A stretch of DNA of 64,000 nt from an uncultured Planctomycetia bacterium (GTDB lineage: Bacteria > Omnitrophota > Gorgyraeia > Gorgyraeales > Gorgyraeaceae): NCBI GenBank assembly GCA_964415355.1, contig CAYPYS010000007.1:11208-75207 (forward strand). Direction: 5' to 3'. The translations under genes were made by a program, and so were the position numbers. Positions 61,601-64,000 of the stretch are shown one piece after another. The notes under the pieces were generated by a model. That model did no database searches. It saw only the letters and a program-made list of their open reading frames with translations, and was not told the origin of the DNA. Each line of letters opens with the position of its first letter. The stretch's first letter is position 1.

Positions 61601-63657
61601 CTGTTGAAGAGTTGATAGAAGAGTTTCTGGCAAAAAGAGAGCCTGTTGAAATTGATGTTGCTCAACCGGAAGAAGAAGACGCAGCGCTAAAAAGTAATGT
61701 CAGGCTCATGAATTCAAACAAGGCAGCTGCTATTGCACAGGTGCAGTCTGGCGTAAAGTATGTCCCCGGCTATCCGACAACCCCTGCGAGCAGTGTGGTC
61801 GAGATATTGGATACATATCAGGACAAGGGCTTGCCGCTTATAGTATCGCTTCTTCCTGCAGAAGACTCAGTGGGCGGAGAATTACTTGGCACTGCGCTGG
61901 CAGGAGGCATGCCTGCGACAGGGACTACATCAGTGGCATTGGCGTATATGTTTAACCAGCATCTTGCAGATATGGTAGGTAAAAGGACGCCTGTTGTCGT
62001 AAATGTGCCTGTCCGCGCATTGAATATAGGTTCCTTGAGTATATTTCCCGACGAGACAGACATAGCAATGTTCAGGGATTATGGTGTGTATCTGCGCGCG
62101 CGCAATGCGCAGGAAGTGTATTATTTCAATATCATTGCGTGGAGGATCGCAAAGAAACTTAGGATGCCTGTATTCGTAGTGTATACGGGATTCCGCAACA
62201 GCCATACCACAGAACCTGTCGAAATACTCGGTGATTACGATAGAATAGAGGAGTATCTGGGCGGGACAGGATTATTTTCTATAAGAGATACTATACTGGA
62301 CCAGGAATCGCCTAAGATGATAGGGCCTGTTGTCGGCAAAGAGATCATGATGGAGCAGATGGCAGAGCTTTTTGAGGATATAGCACGAAATCAGGACCAT
62401 GTAATAGAGGAGGCTTTTGCGGAATTTGAAAGGCTCTTTGGTATTAGGTTTGATAGATTCAGGCAGTATAGGGTCGAGGATGCCGATGAGATAATAGTGG
62501 TGCAAGGAGATACAGGCGAGACTATCGAGCTTATGGTCGACAGATTAAGGGACCAGGGCAGAAGGGTCGGCGTAATAGAGATAGCTACAATAAGGCCTTT
62601 CCCCGGGAAGGAATTAAGAGAGGCGCTTGTTAATATAAATCCGAAGATAATAACTGTCCTGGATAATGCGCCGAGCCACTATTTGTATGATGATGTCGTA
62701 AGGTCTATCCAGTTTACAGATATACAGGTCTGGGGACCTGTGATATATGGTCTGGGCGGGAGGGATTTCTTCAGACAGGATGCGGTAACGCTTTATGATA
62801 CGCTGATCTCGCTTAGAGTGCTTCAGGCATTAGGAGCAAAAGAAAGTCCTGTTTCTCTGACCAGAGCGTCTCTGACGCAGCTTTTGAATGAGGAGGCAGT
62901 GACACTGGGCATGGCAAAGCACGGATTTGTCGAACCAGGCGATGCGCTTGCGGGCCGGCGAGGAGCAAGAAGCATCCCGGCGATACTTGACACGCTGGAT
63001 TTTGCAGCCAGCTCGGCTGATATGCCTGGATTTTCAAGAAACGCTGTCTTTGAAAAGTTGACGCAGGGTGAGCTCCTCAAGCTTTTTGGCGACGAGTATT
63101 ATTTTGGAGCTCGCAGGAAATATAAGCATGATCTGCTTATGCACGCGCTGGTGAATGAGTTGGCAGTCAGGCTTTCTAGGCAGTTACTGGGATCTAATAT
63201 CGGCACTATAGACGAGAGGACGCAGGCAATAGATGCGCTCGTGCATTTGAGTGACATAGAAGCGGATAAGGAACTCGCCAGAACAAGCTCTGAGAGTTTG
63301 CGCAAGTATCGACGCAGGGATCAGGTTGCTTCAACGGACCAGATTATCGCAGTGTCTGCCGCACAGGTCATAGCCGAGAAAAAAGAATTCGAGGCATGGA
63401 TAGAGAACCAGTCAGAGAATATTGCTGTAGTTATAATAGCTACGGCTGAAGAGTATTATCAGGTCAGGGAGTATGAGGACATCGCCTATATAAAGGTAGT
63501 GGGCAAGGACATTAGCGAAGCGCATGGCCTTACCTTGAAAAGGTTGTTGGCATTGCACGGTCATTTAGATAATTTCGGTGGCTTCAGGCTTGGCGACGAA
63601 AAGTTCGATCTAGACGAATACAGGTCAGCCCTGACCGAGCTCTCCACCGGCATCTAA
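52546..63657 (+). CDS. Giant fusion ORF 3 (3703 aa): signal-like leader, unknown ~600-aa region, NfnB/GltD-like flavoprotein, NfnA/PyrK-like module, PorD-, PorB-, PorC- and PorA-like 2-oxoacid:ferredoxin oxidoreductase modules, shared C-terminal domain
   Basis: Uninterrupted 11.1-kb ORF with SD aaggag 7 nt before the ATG. Domain motifs are listed in the separate domain features. Confidence 0.85.
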   Translation: MTWKIIRKITSIVILITFLSTNVIYAAPGPRKTLRVPLGFAREKLLEQEQTGLPTKEMLLMMAQAVAMRMDDESILMDLGTTFFNTAFRRNLGSPIEIRRNKNTGTVHIRYNDRYISITRSGNISVSSRINFDKAELVIASIKPLVASSSDPTDKKDRTIGSLLGLMETFADLGLKPGEKITINDIIPERKKQDGTLYSRTTVSREFKDAVALDLLRLTGNKIKNSNEYEVLKSFTREQLSRLPGHIRKKLNRGRIRSDEIEELRRIFIAETLMGQGTLLKVFLAGLAGFQEALADIPYDLSGANTETVQSLFTAVENIVFLARDFDKKDPAYAEAYIYESLGFVDIDGKRRLALVITPFEDRRKTGSLDVLVFDSLLSANYTSHAIKATEIEMVSTIVGRLDEKDIISLSLKFRAEYLDNPDGPGTSDTRRSAKDFFLYFASKRNATQEILDLDEELIDGLEGRDLEIKERMARLKEGVSDKDLLDEWFIEIMQGKDTLVQYLLYTGDAATFWYDLLLELDYTRAINEMFLSRPDAMTTYARNAYEQAVVASWIYIHRADFGSPLGERAAEDRIEDFQLALTWDTLGIPGQKALGMTKAEFPVCLNCVGRPCQHGPLGSVAAQTRTRSGFASGIRSLIEDNNVSASVQLEGVFISEGVSYLTHLYNYAELLLIDQADVTRWMNMTARELDSEIRLLTDDADAIDQEAKNIAEPHCPLEVPIADMFRLMRQDRFEEALEILNNSSFLAGIFGLVCPQEHLCQAACVQGRLSDRPLPIDIGKLEYLIELTYMRINGELPMPEVAPFTGKYVAIIGSGPAGLQAAYDLAREGHKVVLFEHLHKVGGVLVYGIPTFRLPPELLEEKVRILKEMGVNFVTNAIIGEDGAYTIEEMRRSFDAVIVGVGAGQSNKMEIRGKVVLLDEKTGRARLEVPEYAKRVPIPGRALNGIYSAYHFLSWTYLMNAIKPGYDTPIPLSKNILQAFTESRATGEEKEVTVVVEGIGNVALDSGRTALRWINVLNRIYGTNVRPKIIFLYRRPREELDLKARAEELKHLREEGVDTIDIDVYELHQTVEYLGNTKGHIEGIRAIRYDRKGAKEGVLVDIPVDMVVEALGAKPATEILGPSIPLNRYGYIEIDNHRTMQVRDMDGSDGLAPVYAVGDCAEVDAIDERIMATAVLAATHGKRASEALIERLDNETGMVQRYIDIDKVFFKATPYRMHEILERRRIGKRELVSRPLRGDTGNVFSEQRIVEFTIYAPHVARRIRPGQFVTLMADEYSEKIPITYVGLGKIKGSIRLAILDAGESTVKINNMKKGDLFYAVTGPAGEPSIFTGLAGEVDLVGLGSGIAAIVGIAEHRADLDRKYKELMARLAGNSRADVVLSLIEEIWSELSLAKDDLLHYIVDAIRDRDYNEAKNLLTALAYSIEQDFPASELIADAEALVDTITMLEDSVEDEDELNLLVKQEVYQAIDDIWEEFEILKREKLLREISDFVSSGNYKNASNALNAVIGAGFETKVFLAVGNKDLLMYKTELEEAVGRENIFIALEDAEGFDPHAEGYASLIAHENRFFTGYGTIAFGDYLGRTHDPISGLLVAGPAFAMNLFVPLVREANRPDILSTRDVWMSTNPPMYCAYGGCLMCLVATEQAIPWRGCLGPEAEADMLIGDSIVKGLEMSKPQDIMPGVIFSTSPSVDREQAISDIVQALDEILYMPTVDGKLFVAISDAKGSFIAELRNGILEERLSDEDIDAVLENIDWERLGVFKPGHKIRFAGRISDVSGLELDRVMELLGLTMQGGSGAEDSDSGMTLDDLFSRSLDLSILGIEVIGEFREVSISPSGFSRLRAFLEEIGDRQKLEEILGLEGSEFIFVMNGANELVAIVIRNETRQKELLWIEGEASSELFSYLTLRASLRGSSISADLTVEEIKPGAILGPGATTTPASSALAKTGTWTTKYAEHDLDACVQCGLCALVCPEGAIAFDMEPALNTGRLVLPTNPDYCKGCDACVVHCPLKGYALKMIEKTDLRQVAVSLDTNPEGRGVVIEGAPALQFEGLFKEGIDRFKKALGLDVVEIISESESFVQVRYERGDIAYLFTFDKKNTRLILKPLRTFAVVGLESKNIDLADALRSRGFAVTGLISTKDRGFRDKLMEAERQGISVYAIEAGLLNPGISGSLQALLNDIERLRLARFVAVDTETIREIIGLDEYTKLVEEINEYTHNSIINSVDLLPTGNTDFDEVMASFAPEWQDQVRDLAPGHGLCPGCGQPTDTHLVLKVADEHGMAPVGVITTGCQEVSTTNWPFNSWRIPMVHGNYTASAAIVSGIFRVYQWFKKMGVSVYGDKEILPIVIMGDGGFAIGLNVISGGLEKGLPILYLVENNSGTQNTGAQASTLSMPGITAQGASQVKTTQGVYIPDIAKAHGPNVYYARVSNAYPEDFERKLNRAMEWIKQGRGPAVIESFNTACPTGWKSDATQSQEETSLSVQTGVGMTVLFEQVGNRIRITQPPLLRDGKIYINTEYMRSLEYELGHLRNAGGKRLLSDRQVASMISHIKKRREFILARELERRQPKKPGLPFVQLDLDALKNLLVLHSFNLPLESDLLIDRLDVLGLSGDEIEDIAQHRSEGNEFRNRQDVLRFITDVRYREVTERILDIYDTVEIRDFIMEWTETKEEGNIDFEETVVFEKIEDILKVPGIGPVTYDAVSPYLTLEPRRPHIFEYLSRQGRFRRLLGWDDEAFLGDMQRDVDAHILRLMAQHENDRAFFENFDNLLARGEKIPVEQFRYKSAREAHDKALVPARVIPADPERNIRILERRARLGDRVFEERWHGRGGQGAITAATLLATYAGEVEGIGIQAFPHFGVERAGAPVKAYVRMGNNIKQHDPVTEPDVVVVIDESLLELPEVLEGIKPGGFLLVNSKKPAEKILEELRAKGNALKDITLFSVDATGISIKHMGRNLPNIPMLAARIMVSRLTDADLGPAEGATDYIRQLLVEMFGEKIAGLNYDAMQESVRSIDAVSGAVEELIEEFLAKREPVEIDVAQPEEEDAALKSNVRLMNSNKAAAIAQVQSGVKYVPGYPTTPASSVVEILDTYQDKGLPLIVSLLPAEDSVGGELLGTALAGGMPATGTTSVALAYMFNQHLADMVGKRTPVVVNVPVRALNIGSLSIFPDETDIAMFRDYGVYLRARNAQEVYYFNIIAWRIAKKLRMPVFVVYTGFRNSHTTEPVEILGDYDRIEEYLGGTGLFSIRDTILDQESPKMIGPVVGKEIMMEQMAELFEDIARNQDHVIEEAFAEFERLFGIRFDRFRQYRVEDADEIIVVQGDTGETIELMVDRLRDQGRRVGVIEIATIRPFPGKELREALVNINPKIITVLDNAPSHYLYDDVVRSIQFTDIQVWGPVIYGLGGRDFFRQDAVTLYDTLISLRVLQALGAKESPVSLTRASLTQLLNEEAVTLGMAKHGFVEPGDALAGRRGARSIPAILDTLDFAASSADMPGFSRNAVFEKLTQGELLKLFGDEYYFGARRKYKHDLLMHALVNELAVRLSRQLLGSNIGTIDERTQAIDALVHLSDIEADKELARTSSESLRKYRRRDQVASTDQIIAVSAAQVIAEKKEFEAWIENQSENIAVVIIATAEEYYQVREYEDIAYIKVVGKDISEAHGLTLKRLLALHGHLDNFGGFRLGDEKFDLDEYRSALTELSTGI
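54358..56125 (+). other. NfnB / GltD-like (glutamate synthase small-subunit family) FAD/NAD(P)H oxidoreductase module with a split N-terminal Fe-S motif
   Basis: 'CLNCVGRPC' ... (~100-aa insert) ... 'HCPLEVPI', 'GLVCPQEHLCQAAC', dinucleotide fold 'KYVAIIGSGPAGLQAAYDLAREGHKVVLFE', 'GGVLVYGIPTFRLP', 'VYAVGDCA'. Confidence 0.75.
56165..57530 (+). other. NfnA / PyrK-like ferredoxin-NADP reductase-type module (FAD barrel, NAD fold, 2Fe-2S) with a ~155-aa helical insertion
   Basis: 'RPGQFVTLM', 'IPITYVG', 'TGPAGEP', 'DLVGLGSGIAAIVGIAEH', then an insertion at 56610-57085. The fold resumes at 'KVFLAVGN' and ends in the Cys motif 'MYCAYGGCLMCLV...RGCLGPE'. Confidence 0.65.
58320..58610 (+). other. 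PorD-like (delta subunit) 2x[4Fe-4S] ferredoxin module
   Basis: 'KPGAILGPGATTTP...KTGTWTT' followed by 'CVQCGLCALVCP' (58428-58463) and 'CKGCDACVVHCP' (58540-58575). Confidence 0.85.
59300..60030 (+). other. PorB-like (beta subunit) thiamine-diphosphate-binding module
   Basis: 'GHGLCPGCG', 'TTGCQEV', TPP motif 'GDGGFAIGLNVISGGLEKGLPILYLVENN' (GDG-X24-NN), 'NTACPTGW'. All four Fe-S Cys positions are present. Confidence 0.85.
60365..60665 (+). other. Two ComEA-like helix-hairpin-helix-type segments in the PorB-PorC linker
   Basis: 'IEDIAQHRSEGNEFRNRQDVLRFI' and 'ILKVPGIGPVTYDAVSPYL' resemble the A-x-x-I-x-x-yR-x-x-G-x-F...L-x-x-V-PGIG pattern. Confidence 0.35.
60990..61490 (+). other. PorC-like (gamma subunit) module
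   Basis: 'WHGRGGQGAITAATLLA', 'AFPHFGVERAGAPV', 'PDVVVVIDESL', 'VDATGISIKHMGRNLPNIPMLAA'. Confidence 0.85.
61695..62815 (+). other. PorA-like (alpha subunit) module
   Basis: 'MNSNKAAAIAQVQSGVKYVPGYPTTPASSVVE', 'AEDSVGGELLGTALAGGMPATGTTSVALAYM', 'TPVVVNVPVRAL', 'PVFVVYTGFRNSHTTEPVE', 'IRPFP'. Confidence 0.85.
63337..63654 (+). other. Shared C-terminal domain (~106 aa), copy in giant ORF 3
   Basis: DQIIAVSAAQVIAEKKEFEAW...AVVIIATAEEYYQVREYEDIAYIKVVGKDISEA...DNFGGFRLG...DLDEYRSALTELSTGI. Confidence 0.8.
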
Positions 63658-63692
63658 GTTTACATTTTAACGTTGTTGAAATGTAAACTTAG
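63655..63692 (+). repeat. Palindromic repeat copy 37 (T1 variant, fwd)
   Basis: taagtttacattttaacgttgttgaaatgtaaacttag; TAA is the stop of giant ORF 3. Confidence 0.9.
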
Positions 63693-63697
63693 CGGTA

Positions 63698-63747
63698 GAA
63701 AAAAATTAAAAAATAGCACTTGACATGCATCAGCTCTATGATATAAT
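63698..63747 (+). promoter_or_regulatory. rRNA operon promoter with A-rich UP-like element and extended -10
   Basis: gaaaaaaattaaaaaatag (UP-like), TTGACA (63720-63725), 16-nt spacer ending in TGa, TATAAT (63742-63747). Confidence 0.7.
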
Positions 63748-63827
63748 TTGTAATTACCAAAATGGATAATTTATTGGTGAATTCTCCTTGATAATGTAAT
63801 TTGACATATTGTTAAGGGAAGATGTGA

Positions 63828-63856
63828 AAGGACATCGTCTCGATGTCCTTTTTTTT
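63828..63856 (+). promoter_or_regulatory. Leader hairpin plus T-run (boxB-like or terminator-like) in the rRNA leader
   Basis: aaggacatcg (63828-63837) / cgatgtcctt (63841-63850), a perfect 10-bp stem with a 3-nt loop, then a T-run to 63856. Confidence 0.6.
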
Positions 63857-63867
63857 GCTCTTTGAAA
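63856..63867 (+). promoter_or_regulatory. boxA-like antitermination element
   Basis: tgctctttgaaa versus the E. coli rrn boxA TGCTCTTTAACA (10/12), directly after the leader hairpin. Confidence 0.55.
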
Positions 63868-63905
63868 TTCAGCCAAACTGACAGGAAACTGAGTTACGTT
63901 AAATT

Positions 63906-64000
63906 TTTTTGGAGAGTTTGATTCTGGCTCAGAACGAACGTTGGCGGCGTGGATAAGGCATGCAAGTCGAACGGTCCGCTTCGGCGGACAGTGGCAAAAG
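63906..64000 (+). rRNA. rrs: 16S ribosomal RNA, 5' end (partial, continues beyond the window)
   Basis: 'agagtttgattctggctcagaacgaacgttggcggcgtggataaggcatgcaagtcgaacgg' matches the universal 5' region (27F primer site, helix 1-5 sequence). The start is set by alignment of AGAGTTTGAT to E. coli position 8. Confidence 0.9.

Noticed and set aside
43966-63657. The giant-ORF block as a horizontally acquired island or mobile element.
   Set aside because: There are no integrase, transposase, tRNA or direct-repeat boundaries. Each giant gene ends in the same host palindromic repeat as the housekeeping genes, which argues for long residence. Compositional analysis would still be worth running.
2059-63692. 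A possible CRISPR array, given an identical ~38-bp palindromic repeat recurring many times.
   Set aside because: The spacing between copies equals whole gene lengths (0.5-11 kb) and the intervening DNA is conserved housekeeping CDS. The copies occur in both orientations and no cas genes are present.

Overview
This is a 64-kb, gene-dense chromosomal segment of a diderm bacterium. It encodes LPS transport and lipid A acylation, MEP isoprenoid, serine and aromatic amino-acid biosynthesis, translation factors and tRNA synthetases. I call 43 CDS, 42 of them on the + strand. The window ends in the promoter, leader and first ~95 nt of a 16S rRNA gene. I saw no tRNA, CRISPR, transposase or phage genes. 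Two things are unusual. (1) A ~38-bp imperfect palindrome (consensus TAACTTTACACTTTAAC-GTT-GTTGAAATGTAAAGTTA) fills almost every intercistronic gap. It occurs in both orientations and has a TATACA-arm subfamily. There are 37 copies, and 33 gene 3' ends carry one. In 26 of those the element's own leading TAA is the in-frame stop codon of the upstream gene. (2) A ~20-kb block (43.9-63.7 kb) encodes three giant multi-enzyme fusion ORFs (1367, 1269 and 3703 aa) plus an Rrf2-type regulator. ORF1 and ORF2 together carry an unknown N-domain, tandem aminotransferase modules, a phosphohexomutase and a glucose-6-P isomerase; a frame break inside the aminotransferase fold separates them. ORF3 carries NfnB/GltD-like and NfnA/PyrK-like modules plus all four subunits (delta, beta, gamma, alpha) of a 2-oxoacid:ferredoxin oxidoreductase in one chain. 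The giant proteins share a 28-aa signal-peptide-like N-terminus and a ~107-aa C-terminal domain I cannot assign. This suggests a common, undescribed targeting or assembly system for cofactor-rich metabolic enzymes. All functional calls come from motif recognition by eye. No database search was possible.
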